Source: an uncultured Planctomycetota bacterium
GTDB lineage: Bacteria > Planctomycetota > Planctomycetia > Gemmatales > Gemmataceae
Reading direction: 5' to 3'
DNA: 64,000 nt
NCBI GenBank assembly: GCA_963849325.1
Contig: CAWKHF010000006.1
Location: 480,001-544,000 of the forward strand
Shown: positions 11,188 to 22,309 of the stretch, piece by piece
Layout of the letters: each line of letters starts with the position of its first letter
Position numbering within the stretch: position 1 is the first letter of the stretch
The notes under the pieces: generated by a model
Seen by the model: only the letters and a program-made list of their open reading frames with translations
Database searches by the model: none
Told to the model about the DNA's origin: nothing
Translations under genes and position numbers: made by a program

Positions 11188-12145
11188 GCGGACCCGTTTC
11201 GTGCAGATCGACCGCGACCTGCTCGCCGGGGAACATGCCGTGACGGAATGGCACGAGGTCTCGCTGCGCCGGCTTCGTCCCTGGCGGGTCTGCCGGGCCG
11301 TCCGCGATCACGACCTGGTCTTCGCCTGGTTCGCCAGCTGGCATTCGCTGCCGGCGGTGCTGTGGGCGCGGCGGCTGGGCAAACCGTCCATCGTCGTCAT
11401 CGGCGGCTACGACACTGCCAACGTCCCCGAGGCGGGTTACGGCTCCCAGCGCGGCGGACTGCGGAAAATCCTCTCGCGCACCGTCATTCGCGCCGCCACT
11501 CATCTGATCGCCAATTCGGAGTCGGCCAGACGCGAGGCGGTGGCCAACGCCGGCGCCGACCCCGGCCGCATCTCCGTGATCTACCACGGTGTGGAGCCGG
11601 CCCCCGACGCGCCGGCGGACGGCCGCGAACAACTCGCGCTGACCGTCGGCAACGTCTGGCGCGAGAACCTCCTGCGCAAAGGGCTGCTGCCCTTCGTCCG
11701 GGCTGCCGCTCACCTACCGGACGTGCGCTTCGTTCACGTCGGCAAATGGTGCGACGGCATCGAGGAATTGCGGCGGGAGGCGGCCCCCAACGTCGAATTT
11801 CGCGGCTTCCTGCCCGACGACGATCTCTTTCGCCTGTACGGCCGGGCCTCGGTCTACGTCCAGGCCAGCCTGCACGAGGGTTTCGGTCTCAGCGTCGCCG
11901 AGGCCATGTCGGCCGGCTGCGTTCCGGTGGTCAGCCGCGCCGGTTCGCTGCCCGAGGTGGTCGGCGACACCGGCGTCTTCACCGCTTCGACCGATGCCCG
12001 CAACGTCGCCGGCGCCATTCGCCAGGCGCTCGGACACGGTGACGAGGCGCGCCGGCAGGCGCGGGCCCGCATCCTGGAGCAGTTCCCGATGCAGCGCCGC
12101 CAGGCCGCCCTCCTCGCCCTTGTCGCCGCACTCCTCCGAGCCTGA
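11144..12145 (+). CDS. Glycosyltransferase family 4
   Basis: QASLHEGFGLSVAEAMSAGCVPVVS; start may instead be GTG 11156. Confidence 0.92.
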   Translation: MREAVSKRILFVHNERTRFVQIDRDLLAGEHAVTEWHEVSLRRLRPWRVCRAVRDHDLVFAWFASWHSLPAVLWARRLGKPSIVVIGGYDTANVPEAGYGSQRGGLRKILSRTVIRAATHLIANSESARREAVANAGADPGRISVIYHGVEPAPDAPADGREQLALTVGNVWRENLLRKGLLPFVRAAAHLPDVRFVHVGKWCDGIEELRREAAPNVEFRGFLPDDDLFRLYGRASVYVQASLHEGFGLSVAEAMSAGCVPVVSRAGSLPEVVGDTGVFTASTDARNVAGAIRQALGHGDEARRQARARILEQFPMQRRQAALLALVAALLRA

Positions 12146-12210
12146 GGCGTAAGCGAAGAGGGACGGCAACCGAAGGTTGCCGTTCTCTTCGCATACGCCT
12201 CAGGCTCGGA
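12135..12210. repeat. REP/REPIN-like palindrome, family B
   Basis: Near-perfect long hairpin; contains the stop codon of the upstream GT. Confidence 0.93.
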
Positions 12211-12235
12211 TCGATTCCTTTTGTCCGCGGGAGAA

Positions 12236-13284
12236 ATGCTCGTGACCGATACCGCCCCCGCCTCGCTTCCTTTCGTCTCCGTGCTGGTCCCGGCGCGGAA
12301 TGAGGGGCGCCACATCGCTCGCTGCCTCGACGGCGTCCTTAACCAGGACTACCCGCGCGAGCGGATGGAGGTGATCGTCGCCGACGGCATGTCCAGCGAC
12401 GACACGCGCGACATCACGGCGAGCTACGCCGCCCGCGACGGCCGCGTCCGCGTCATCGACAACCCTCGCGGCATCGTCGCTACCGGGTTGAATGCCGCCC
12501 TGGCGCTGGCCCGCGGCGAGGTGATCGTCCGCGTGGACGCGCACACGGAATATGCCCCCGATTACGTCCGTCAATGTATCGCCGTCCTCGCCGAGACGGG
12601 GGCGGCCAACGTCGGTGGGCCGGCATGCACGCGCACGACACGATCTGGCAGCGGGCCATCGCCGCCGCCTACCACTCGCCGTTTTCCTGCGGCGGCGCTC
12701 GCTTTCATGACGTGGCCTACGAGGGGCCGGTGGATACGGTGACGTATGGCTGCTGGAAGAGGGATGTCTTCGACCGCGTCGGTCTGTTCGATGAGGAACT
12801 GGTGCGCAACCAGGACGACGAGCACAACCTCCGCCTGCGCCGTGCCGGCGAATTGGTGTGGCAGTCGCCGCGCATCCGCAGCTGGTATAGGCCGCGTGGC
12901 TCGCTGCCGGCCCTGTTCCGCCAGTACGTGCAGTATGGCTACTGGAAAGTTCGAGTGATCCGCAAGCACAAGCTGCCGGCGTCGGTGCGTCATCTGGTGC
13001 CCGCGCTGTTCGTGGCCGGACTCATCGTGTTGACGCTGGCCGCGCCCTGGTGGCCGCCCGCCCTGTGGGCCTGGGTCGGGTTGACGAGCTGTTATCTGCT
13101 CGCCGTGACGACGGCCTCGTTCCTCACCTGCGTCAAGGCGGGCTGGGAGCTTCTGCCCCTCCTGCCGGCCGTCTTCTGGTGTTATCACTTCGGCTACGGT
13201 TATGGATTTCTTCGCGCCCTCGGCGATGCCCTCCTTCCGAAGAGGAAATGGGCCGAGGCCGGCTTCAGCACCCTCACGCGCTGA
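12236..13284 (+). CDS. Glycosyltransferase family 2, ExoA-like (frameshift ~12630)
   Basis: VLVPARNE, ADGMSSD, RVDAH, LVRNQDDEHN, QYGYWK, C-terminal TM helices. Confidence 0.9.
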
Positions 13285-14296
13285 GGTCGCGGCATCGCGG
13301 CGTACACGCCTCCAGCAGCTTGCGAAGATAGTTGTCGAAGGTGAAGTGACTCTCGACGTGACGACAAGCGTTCTCCGCCAGCCGGCGCCGGAGATCGTCG
13401 TCGGCGATCAAGCGCTGAATCTGCAGCCGCAGCTCCGCCGAATCTCCCGGCGCGTAAAACAGGACTTCGCGCTCCGAGACGTAGTCCATGACCTGGAACG
13501 TCCGGGCGGCGATGACGGGTACGTGCATCTGGGCGGCTTCGAGCAGGGCGATTTGACCCAGGAGGCGCTGGTGCCGCTGTCCGAAAAGAGGAACCACCGC
13601 GATCGCCGCCTGCGCGATGAAATCGCGGTAGCGTGCGAACGGCAGTTCGTAGTGGACCTCGACGTTCGCCGGGAGATTGTCTCCGATGGTGGCCCGATCC
13701 GAGGCGCCGGCCACGAGCACCGTGCGCCAGGGAAGGTCGCGGACGGCGTCGAGAAAACACGGGAAGTCTCGATGACGCCCGGCGGCGAGGACGTAGGGCG
13801 ATGCGATTACCGGAGGGCGGACCTCCTTCCGCCAGGTCGCGGCATCCGTGTAGACGTGATAAGGAATGAACACGAATCGATGCGACGGGGTGCCGAAGAA
13901 CGTCGAATACAGTCGGACCTCGGCCTCGGAATGGACGATGACGACGTCAACCAGGGCCGTCAGCCGCCGGAAGAAGAGCCGTCGCATCGTCCGCCGCAGC
14001 CTCGAATACATCGTTGGCTTCGTCGGCGCCGGCTCACTGGTATCGAAGTAAAACTCATGCTGGACGAGCCAAAGTCGGGGCCGGAAAATGGATCGCAGCA
14101 GCGCGAACAGGAACGCCAAGCGAAGGTCGCCGTAGAGAAGGACCGTGTCGTATCGTCCCGCTACTTTCCCTAACAGGAGCACTTTCAGCCACAGGGATCG
14201 GCGCTGCCACGACGGGATGGCTTCGGTGATGGGAGTGGCATGCGCGAACCATTCCGGGTCCGTGTTCAAGGTCGGATTGAGACTCAAAATGCGCAT
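13274..14296 (-). CDS. Glycosyltransferase, GT4-like
   Basis: AAGRHRDF, VVPL...GQIALLEAAQMHVPVIA, APGDSAEL. Confidence 0.85.
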   Translation of the reverse strand: MRILSLNPTLNTDPEWFAHATPITEAIPSWQRRSLWLKVLLLGKVAGRYDTVLLYGDLRLAFLFALLRSIFRPRLWLVQHEFYFDTSEPAPTKPTMYSRLRRTMRRLFFRRLTALVDVVIVHSEAEVRLYSTFFGTPSHRFVFIPYHVYTDAATWRKEVRPPVIASPYVLAAGRHRDFPCFLDAVRDLPWRTVLVAGASDRATIGDNLPANVEVHYELPFARYRDFIAQAAIAVVPLFGQRHQRLLGQIALLEAAQMHVPVIAARTFQVMDYVSEREVLFYAPGDSAELRLQIQRLIADDDLRRRLAENACRHVESHFTFDNYLRKLLEACTPRCRDLSA

Positions 14297-14313
14297 GATG
14301 TCCAGAAAAACTT

Positions 14314-14378
14314 CGTTTAACCGCGACGCGCAGCGGAGCGCGTCGGTCCCGCGCTCCGCTGCGCGTCGCGGCTAAACG
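14314..14378. repeat. REP/REPIN-like palindrome, family C (GTTTAGCCGCGACGCGCAGCGGAGCGCG)
   Basis: About 29-bp stem; copies at 37223 and 63966. Confidence 0.93.
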
Positions 14379-16312
14379 GAGCCGGGAAGATGCCCCAGAA
14401 GTAAAACGTACCCTCGCCAAGAAGGTTCTCCACGCGAACCCGGCACGCCGGCGCCTCCAGAGGCGGCGTAGGCGTCCCCCATACCGTGGCCGTGTAGTGC
14501 TCATAGGCATCGGGGTAACCGGATCGGCCAACGAGGTGCAAGCGTTTGGGCCAATGGGCCAGGGGGCGGCAGCGCGTTGCTTGCGCAGGCCCAGCTCGCC
14601 GTGTCCTCATTCGCCCGAAGGACGAAGGTCCGGGCCTCTCCACTATCCGACTCGAAAACCAGACGGGCTACCGGAGTGCCGTCGGGGACCGGAGTCCGGC
14701 ATCGGTAGTTGGAAGCGACCAGAAAATGGCCCGGAGGGAGTTGGGCCGCGACCGTGACGGCCGGCCGATCCTTGTCCAATCTCATGAAGCCGAGCAGTTC
14801 CCAGTCCTCGTTGTGGACCTTCAACGGCAGTCGCAAGTCCTGCTCCGGCAGTCCGAGCCGAGACGGACGGAAGCGGACCAGCCCGCCCGAGCGATCGCGC
14901 TCATAGACGGTGACCTGGCCCGGAAAGAGAGTGTAATTGCGGACCAATTCGTACCGGGCGTCCAGGGCGAGCGCAACGTCGTCGAGGTGCCGGGTCATCT
15001 TCAGGCGGGCGTCATTGGACACGAGCACGAGCCGCGTGGGGAGCTTGTCCGGGACCACTCCGGGAGGCGACACCGACGTGGATGGAGGCGCATAGCGGAG
15101 GACCCTCTCCTCGGCGCGGCCATCCACGAGCACACAGGTATCGGCCGGCTCGGCGATGGCTTCGCGGAGCTGGCTCCGCCAATCCATCACGTCCACCGGC
15201 GGATCGTTCCAGGACGGGACCAGCAAGCAGCCCAGCCCGACGACCTGGACGGCGAGCGGCGCCAGCAGCAACAGGTAGCGCTCGGCCATACCCACCGCGA
15301 TGGCGGCGAGGATGCCCGGCAGGAGGAAGATAACGTGCCTGGAATCGACCCCGGGAGCCTGAGCGGGGGCGAGCGTGTCCGCGACCAGAAAGACAAAAGC
15401 GAATTGCAGCAGAAAAATGACGACGAGCGATTGGAGGAATGGGGCCGTCCTCAGCCGGAGCAGTCCCCGCGCCAGGGCGACGACCGAGATCAGCATGGCG
15501 GGCACCGACACCCACCACCACAAGGGATACAGCCGTCTGCCGAGAGTGAAGCAGTGAACGGCGTAGACCATCTTGGCCAGCCCCACGGTCACGCCGCCGC
15601 GAGCCGGGACGCCGGCTGTCACCGGCTGATTTTCCAGGCGCTGTTCGAGCATCACGATTCCTTGCCGGATCGGCGGAACGAACAACAGCGCGACCAGGAC
15701 GAGGCCGACCAGCAGAAAGAGCGGCTTCGCTCGTCCCAGGCGCGGCCACATCCAGGTCACGACCAGGGCGGCGATCACTAAGAGGCAAAAGAACTGGGCC
15801 GAACAAAGCAGAAGCAGGGAGCCGAGCAACCAAAGAGCGTTCGCCCGATCCGGCCGCATCTGCCAGGCCCGGAACCGCCACAGGGTCAGGACGGTCCCGG
15901 CGACAAAGTAAGCGTAATAGCGAATGTAGAGAAAATAGATCCATAAAAACGGATTCGTGACCCACAGAAGCAGAATGGCGAAGCGGGTGAACGGAGAGAG
16001 CGGTTCCAGGTCGAGCCAGCGCCGCAGCGCCCACACGCTCACGCCTCCCCAGAAAAGAGAGAGGCAGCGCAGCGCCCAATCCTGGTCCGTCACGCTCAAC
16101 AAGGCCCTCAGCTGCAGACAGTAGCCGATGCCGGCTGGATTGAGTTCCAGGTTGCGGGCCTCGGCCAGCGACCAGTACTCATCGCCGTAGAAAGCGGGAA
16201 ACGAGTCGAACAGGAAGAGGAGGGCCGGAATCAGCCCGAAGAGCAACCAGATCGCCGGTGATCCCACCGAGCGTCCTGGCGTTGTCTCAAGGGGAACCGT
16301 GGAGGAGTCCAT
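14317..16312 (-). CDS. GT-C fold (PMT/ArnT-like) membrane glycosyltransferase with a soluble C-terminal domain (frameshift ~14560)
   Basis: TM1 followed by FYGDEYWS (DE motif), ALRCLS, NPF...IRYYA, ~11 TM helices. Confidence 0.7.
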
Positions 16313-16349
16313 AATAGCTTTCGCCTTCTTTTCGGCCGATCAATGTCTG

Positions 16350-18578
16350 TCAATAGGTCCGCAGGACCATCACGCGAGCGCGGCCCGCCGCGAGGCCGCT
16401 GTCCAGGAAGAGAACGTAACTGCCCGACGCCGGTGGGGTCGAACCGCCGGAATCGTGGATCGTGCCCTCGACTCGCTGGGAGGCGATGCCGATGTCGCCG
16501 GCCTTCCAGGCGCCGTCGGTTTGGATGCCCGGGACGACACTGCCGGGTGCGGAGCCGGCCAGCAGGATGCCTTTCTGACTCTCCGTCGCATCGGCGATGG
16601 CGAAGCCGAGGAAGGTGTTCTCCTTTAAAGTCAGGTGGGCCGCCTGCCCCGAGTCTCCCAGTCGTACCGTTCGACCGCCTGCCAGCGGCGAGGCGGATCG
16701 GGCCACTCGCAAAAGACGCCCCGAAGCGCGATCGAGCGGCACAACATGATCGTCCTGTGCCTTGTAGCGGATGGACAGGGAGTTGTTGGCGAAGTCGAGT
16801 CCGGGCGGCACATCGACCAGTTGCAGCCCTGCCCCGGTGACGGTGTTGTCGTGAATCGAGCCGGTCGGGACGTTGGCCGCCGCGTTCCAGTTGCCGAAGG
16901 TCGCGCCCTCCGACAGCAGAACTTGATTGCCGGCGATTTCGACGTTGCGGGCGTCGGCCTTGAGCACCGTCGTGAACGCTCCGCCGCGGAGCGTGGCCCG
17001 GTTGCCGCGGACCACCATGTTGTCGCCGTTGAGAGCGACGCAGACGCCGGCGGAGCCGCTGAACTGGTTGTCGCTAATCAGGCAGGAACCATCGGCTCGC
17101 ACCATCGGCCCCTTGCCGCGCCAGTCGAAAAACTGATTGCCGCTCACCACCGCGTTGTTGCCGGCGACGATGCCGATGGCGCTTGAGCCGCTGTCGTTCA
17201 ACGGACGGAAGACGTTGCCGACGACCGACTGATTGAAGGCGTCGGCGTTCGACGACAGGGCGAGGTAGACCACTCCGGCAGCGTCCTCAAAAACGCAATT
17301 GGACAGGAGCGCTCCGCCGGTGCCGATGGCGACACCGACGCCGGTACTCGGACTTTTCGCGCCTGCGGTGCGGCGAAAAATACAACCAATCACTTCCGTA
17401 TATCGGTTCATCGGCTGGCCGCGCGGCACGTCGGGGTTGGCGCCGTCGGAGGGGACGGAATCGGCGACCAAGTGTTGGGCGCCGGGATTGACGGACAAAC
17501 AGCCAAGGTAGCGGTTACCGCTGGCATCCAAGGCGGTGACGGCGATGTGATTGTGATAACTGAAACCGCCGACTCCCTCCGCCTGGCAAGCGTGGAAGCT
17601 GTTGTATCCGCCCTGGATGTAGAAGCCGTGCTGGGTAGATCGGCGGCCCACATTCCGCACGAGGCAATCGCGGAAAATGTTTTTGCACGAGTTGACGACG
17701 AACCCGGTCGCTTGCCCCGCGTCGTGGACGCAAACCCGTTCGACGATGGCATACTGATTGCCGAGGCTGGGAACCTCGACGGCATCGTTCGCTCGGTGGT
17801 CGTTGGCGAAGTTGGCGGTACACGTGGTCGCCGTCACCTCGGCGACGGCAACGAACTCGGGCGCCGCGCCGCCGATCCGCAGGAGGCGCCCCGCGTAGAT
17901 GCCTTCCATCGAAGCCGGCGCGACTGTCCGTTTTCCGGCGTCTATGTCCTGGCCCAGCGTCGTGACGGACTCGGCCTGGGAAGCGCGCTGGTAGAGGGTG
18001 ATGCCGGCGCCGCCGGCGTTGCCGCCGCCGAACACTCCCGCGATGTCCAGGTCGAAGAGGTGAGGATCGAACGCGCCGGACTCGACGGCGATCACCACCA
18101 GGCCGGCCCCTCCGCCGCCGTCGCGCATGTTGGCGCCGTTGACAAAACTCAGGTCGTGCAGGGATTGGTTTCGTCCCTGGAGGCTGAACACCTTGACGTC
18201 CGCGCGAAGAGTGACGTTGTCCGCGTAACGAAGGACCGTCTTGCCGATACCGTCGCCGAAGATTTCCATGCCGTCGCGGGAAACAGGGAATCGGACGCCT
18301 CGGCTACCGCTGAGCAGGTAGGTGCCCGCCGGCAGATACAGCCGGGCGTGCGAGGACTTCCTGGCGGCGGCCAGGGCGGCGGCGATTGCCTCGGTGTCAT
18401 CGGTCTCCCCATCCCCCCGGGCGCCGTACTCGCGGACGTTCACCACCTGGGCGGTGCCGCCCGGCGCCGGTTGCGGCGAACGAGACGCCGCCCGGAAGAG
18501 CGTGGGAGATACCCCGGCCATTCCGGCCACGCAGGCCAGAAGGACCGCACTCCGCCATCGCCGTTTCGGCGTCCGCAT
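16350..18578 (-). CDS. Secreted right-handed beta-helix protein (Pectate_lyase_3 / GH28-related N-terminus)
   Basis: Basic plus hydrophobic N-terminus; VNVREYGARGDGETDDTEAI, LYLPAGTY, IFGDG; repeated V/I-x-G-N rungs. Confidence 0.85.
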   Translation of the reverse strand: MRTPKRRWRSAVLLACVAGMAGVSPTLFRAASRSPQPAPGGTAQVVNVREYGARGDGETDDTEAIAAALAAARKSSHARLYLPAGTYLLSGSRGVRFPVSRDGMEIFGDGIGKTVLRYADNVTLRADVKVFSLQGRNQSLHDLSFVNGANMRDGGGGAGLVVIAVESGAFDPHLFDLDIAGVFGGGNAGGAGITLYQRASQAESVTTLGQDIDAGKRTVAPASMEGIYAGRLLRIGGAAPEFVAVAEVTATTCTANFANDHRANDAVEVPSLGNQYAIVERVCVHDAGQATGFVVNSCKNIFRDCLVRNVGRRSTQHGFYIQGGYNSFHACQAEGVGGFSYHNHIAVTALDASGNRYLGCLSVNPGAQHLVADSVPSDGANPDVPRGQPMNRYTEVIGCIFRRTAGAKSPSTGVGVAIGTGGALLSNCVFEDAAGVVYLALSSNADAFNQSVVGNVFRPLNDSGSSAIGIVAGNNAVVSGNQFFDWRGKGPMVRADGSCLISDNQFSGSAGVCVALNGDNMVVRGNRATLRGGAFTTVLKADARNVEIAGNQVLLSEGATFGNWNAAANVPTGSIHDNTVTGAGLQLVDVPPGLDFANNSLSIRYKAQDDHVVPLDRASGRLLRVARSASPLAGGRTVRLGDSGQAAHLTLKENTFLGFAIADATESQKGILLAGSAPGSVVPGIQTDGAWKAGDIGIASQRVEGTIHDSGGSTPPASGSYVLFLDSGLAAGRARVMVLRTY

Positions 18579-18723
18579 CCTCAACACTCCCCCGAGCCAG
18601 AGAGTTGGTAACCGTTTCTTGCTGGTTTTGGATGCCGGCCCGGTGGAATGGATTCGCAGGGTGAGGGCGAATCCTTCCGCCACTGCCAACCTCTAAGAAC
18701 GGGCGGACATGTAAAGTTGAGGG

Positions 18724-19393
18724 ATGAGGATGCTTCACCCCGTCCTGTCTCTGTTGGCCCGTGGCAAACGCTACCTCGCCCTTCGTACACGGGCCAAACG
18801 CTATGCGACGGTCGCGGCCGGCTGGATGGACGATCTGTACTGGGATTGGCGCTGCGGCGGCTGGACCGGCGGCATCGTCGAGAACGTCCTACGCCGCGCG
18901 CGGAGCCTGCAACACCGAGTCGATCCGTTACGACGTTCTCCGGCGTGTTTTCCGGCAGGTGAAGATCGCACCCAACGATGTGCTGGTCGATGTCGGCTGC
19001 GGCAAGGGACGTGTTCTCGCCTGGTGGCTGTCGAGGGGCTATCGCAATCGGATGATCGGCCTGGAACTGGATCCTCGCATCGCGGCCGCGACCGCGGCGC
19101 GCTTCGCCGCCGCCTCGAACGTGCGGGTCATCGCCGGCGATGCCGTCGAGAACCTACCGCCGGACGGGACGCTGTTCTGGCTCTTCAATCCGTTCGACGA
19201 GCCGGTCCTGCGGGCCTTCCGCGATCGTCTGAAACAGTGCTGCGAAGAAGGAGCACGCCTGGTCTATTCTCACGCCCGACATCTGGCGGTGTTCTCCGGT
19301 GACGCCGCATTCACCTGCGAGCCTCTCTGTCCCGGATGGCTGGGTACACGAGCGCGGCCAACCTATTTGATTCAGCTTTCTTTCCGAGCCTGA
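18724..19393 (+). CDS. Class I SAM-dependent methyltransferase (frameshift ~18880)
   Basis: LVDVGCGKGR, IGLELD, AGDA, LFNPF. Confidence 0.85.
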
Positions 19394-19466
19394 AGCGTAA
19401 GCGAAGAGGACGGCAACCGAAGGTTGCCGTCCTCTTCGCTTACGCTTCAGGCTCGGAAAGAAAGCT
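19374..19466. repeat. REP/REPIN-like palindrome, family B, between convergent genes
   Basis: Long perfect hairpin; contains the methyltransferase stop codon. Confidence 0.93.
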
Positions 19467-19475
19467 TGTCTGGTA

Positions 19476-20216
19476 CTACGGACATTCTTCTTCGTGGATC
19501 GCCTGCATGACCCAGCGGTTGATGTCGCGGAGCATGTCGCGGTGAATGCCGTGGTTGGAGGCGTAGGTGTGCATGCGGATGGACAGACCGGCGGTGTAGA
19601 GCAGACGATAATCCTGGCGGGCCATCTCCAGCGGCACGACCTCGTTGGCGACGCCGTGGCCGATGAGGATGCGGAGGTGGCGGACCTCCGGCAGTCGCAA
19701 CAGCGGCCCGCCGCGCCGCGGCATGGCGCCGTTGAGCGAGATGATCCCCGCGAAGCGCTCAGGGAACGTCATGCCCAGCCGATACGCCAGCGTCGCTCCC
19801 TCGTGGAAACCGGCCAGGTAAATGCGCTCCGAGTGAACGTGATAGTGCCGCCGCGTCTGCTCGATCGCTCGGAAGACGTACTCCTCGACGCGGCCGTCGT
19901 CGTGGGCTTCCGCGTCCCAGCTGTAGGCCGGCAGGCCGTTGTCGCGCAAGCCCAAGGCGCGCGGCCCACGCAGGCCGATACAGATGTAATTGCGCCGGCT
20001 TAATTGTGGAGCCAGGCGGAGGATTTGCTCCTCGCTGCCGCCGTGGCCGTGCAGGAAGACCAGCAGCGGATAGGGATAGTTGGCCTCATAGCCGGTCGGC
20101 AAGAAGGTCCGCAGGGGCCAACCGTCTCCGCGGCGCTCCTGAGAGGCCGGTACTTCCGAGGTGTAAAAGCCCTCGGCCGGACGGGACAGAAAGACGGGCA
20201 GGTCGGTAGGTGGCAT
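19476..20216 (-). CDS. Alpha/beta hydrolase (phospholipase/carboxylesterase family)
   Basis: FLHGHGG, IYLAGFHEGA, HGVANEVVP, C-terminal HGI; nucleophile position is His rather than Ser. Confidence 0.8.
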   Translation of the reverse strand: MPPTDLPVFLSRPAEGFYTSEVPASQERRGDGWPLRTFLPTGYEANYPYPLLVFLHGHGGSEEQILRLAPQLSRRNYICIGLRGPRALGLRDNGLPAYSWDAEAHDDGRVEEYVFRAIEQTRRHYHVHSERIYLAGFHEGATLAYRLGMTFPERFAGIISLNGAMPRRGGPLLRLPEVRHLRILIGHGVANEVVPLEMARQDYRLLYTAGLSIRMHTYASNHGIHRDMLRDINRWVMQAIHEEECP

Positions 20217-20327
20217 GAGATACCCGTTGTTCCAATTCTAGCGGTTCCGCCGATTGTACGAGTTCTAAGGACTTATGGGCGAACCTTTTCGGGCGAATCC
20301 ACGTCCTTCATTCACGAGGACGGGCCA

Positions 20328-20356
20328 AGTCTACGTTTGCACGCCGAGGGTGTCAA
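20328..20356 (-). promoter_or_regulatory. Sigma70-like promoter TTGACA-N17-TAGACT
   Basis: Perfect -35, 17-bp spacer, about 110 nt upstream of the hydrolase ATG. Confidence 0.65.
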
Positions 20357-20500
20357 CGCGGCCCTGAAGCAAACTCCGCAAAAACAAGGCTTTTTCGCCG
20401 TCCGGCTGCGGAATGCAACGGTTAGGCGGAGTAGGCGGAACGGCGGAGATAAACGGAATGATGCGATCCCTTCCAAATTCCAAGTTCTGAGTGACTTTTA

Positions 20501-20606
20501 GGCGAACGGCCGGCGTTAGCCGGCTGGTACTATGGCGAACGGCCGGCGTTAGCCGGCTGGTGGAGATCTTCTTACCAGCCGGCTAACGCCGGCCGTTCGC
20601 CATAGT
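20501..20606. repeat. REP-like cluster, family D: two direct plus one inverted copy of GGCGAACGGCCGGCGTTAGCCGGCTGGT
   Basis: Copies at 20501-20528, 20534-20561 and inverted 20574-20601, just past the cysC stop. Confidence 0.92.
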
Positions 20607-20607
20607 C

Positions 20608-21219
<612 letters not shown>

Positions 21220-21236
21220 CCTCGCTCACTCCTGTT

Positions 21237-21291
21237 AAAGCGATCAGCAATCAGCAGTCCCAACGGCTGATTGCTGATTGCTGATCGCTTT
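21237..21291. repeat. Palindromic tandem heptamer element (ATCAGCA)n ... (TGCTGAT)n
   Basis: Read directly between the SMP-30 gene and cysC. Confidence 0.85.
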
Positions 21292-21295
21292 TGTT

Positions 21296-22270
21296 TTACT
21301 TGCCCGACAGGGGTTCATCCAGGGGCTTGATGCCGAGACGGCGCACGATCTTGAGGGGTTTGCCGGGGAAGCCCTTGAAGCCGGCTACGCCGACGGTAGC
21401 GTGGAAGACGCCGGCCGGCTCGCCGGTCGTTACGAAGATCTCGTCGTGGCGCGGCCCGCCGAAGGTGAGATTGCTCACCTGTCCGGCCGGGATGGGGATG
21501 TGGCCGAGGACGTGCGCCTGCGGACTGAGGAGGGTGATACGGCCTTGACGGGTCTGGGGCCGATGGAAGTCGGCAACCCAGAAATTGCCGGCCGCGTCGA
21601 AGACACAGCCGTCGCCGCCGGAACCACCCAGGGCGAAGAACACCACCGGCTTGCCCAGCGGCTGGCCGGGTGCTGGCAGGTCGTAACGCAGCACCTTGGC
21701 CGTCTGCGATTCGATCAGGTACAGGTAGCGGTTGTCCGGATCGACTTCGAGTCCGTTGGGGAACGCCAGGTTGTTCGCCAGTCGATCCACCACGCCGTCC
21801 GGCGTCACGCGGAAGATGCTGCCGACCGGCTCCTCGCGCGACGAGCCGCTTGGGTCCGTCCAGTACACGTTGCCGTCGCGATCGACCGTAACGTCGTTGA
21901 GACTGTTCAACTTCTGGCCGCGATACTTTTCGACCACGACACTCACTGTCCCATCCGGGGCCAAATCGAGCAGGGCCGGCAGTTTGTTATCGCAGACGAG
22001 AATGTGTCCGTTGGCGAATAGATAGGTGCCGGCGGGACTGACGTCCAGGTAGCGGCGCACCTTGCGGTCGCGGGTCACGCGCAGCAGGCCGGTACTGCAA
22101 AAGAACAATTCGCCGTCGCGCCAGCTCGGCCCCTCCGAGTAGGCCGGCGCGGCGGCGTAGCGTTCGACTTTGACCCGAGACAGCCGGGCGCTCCATTCGG
22201 AAGGCGAGTCGGCGGCATACAGGCCGGACAGGGATAGGAGGGACATCAGACAGGCCAGGGTACGGCGCAT
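21296..22270 (-). CDS. SMP-30/gluconolactonase family beta-propeller, signal peptide
   Basis: SEGPSW, LNSLND, YWTDP, FPNGL, GDGC, NLTFGG. Confidence 0.92.
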   Translation of the reverse strand: MRRTLACLMSLLSLSGLYAADSPSEWSARLSRVKVERYAAAPAYSEGPSWRDGELFFCSTGLLRVTRDRKVRRYLDVSPAGTYLFANGHILVCDNKLPALLDLAPDGTVSVVVEKYRGQKLNSLNDVTVDRDGNVYWTDPSGSSREEPVGSIFRVTPDGVVDRLANNLAFPNGLEVDPDNRYLYLIESQTAKVLRYDLPAPGQPLGKPVVFFALGGSGGDGCVFDAAGNFWVADFHRPQTRQGRITLLSPQAHVLGHIPIPAGQVSNLTFGGPRHDEIFVTTGEPAGVFHATVGVAGFKGFPGKPLKIVRRLGIKPLDEPLSGK

Positions 22271-22309
22271 GGGCGCGGCCCTCGGGTTGGCAGGCAACGA
22301 CGCTTCGGA

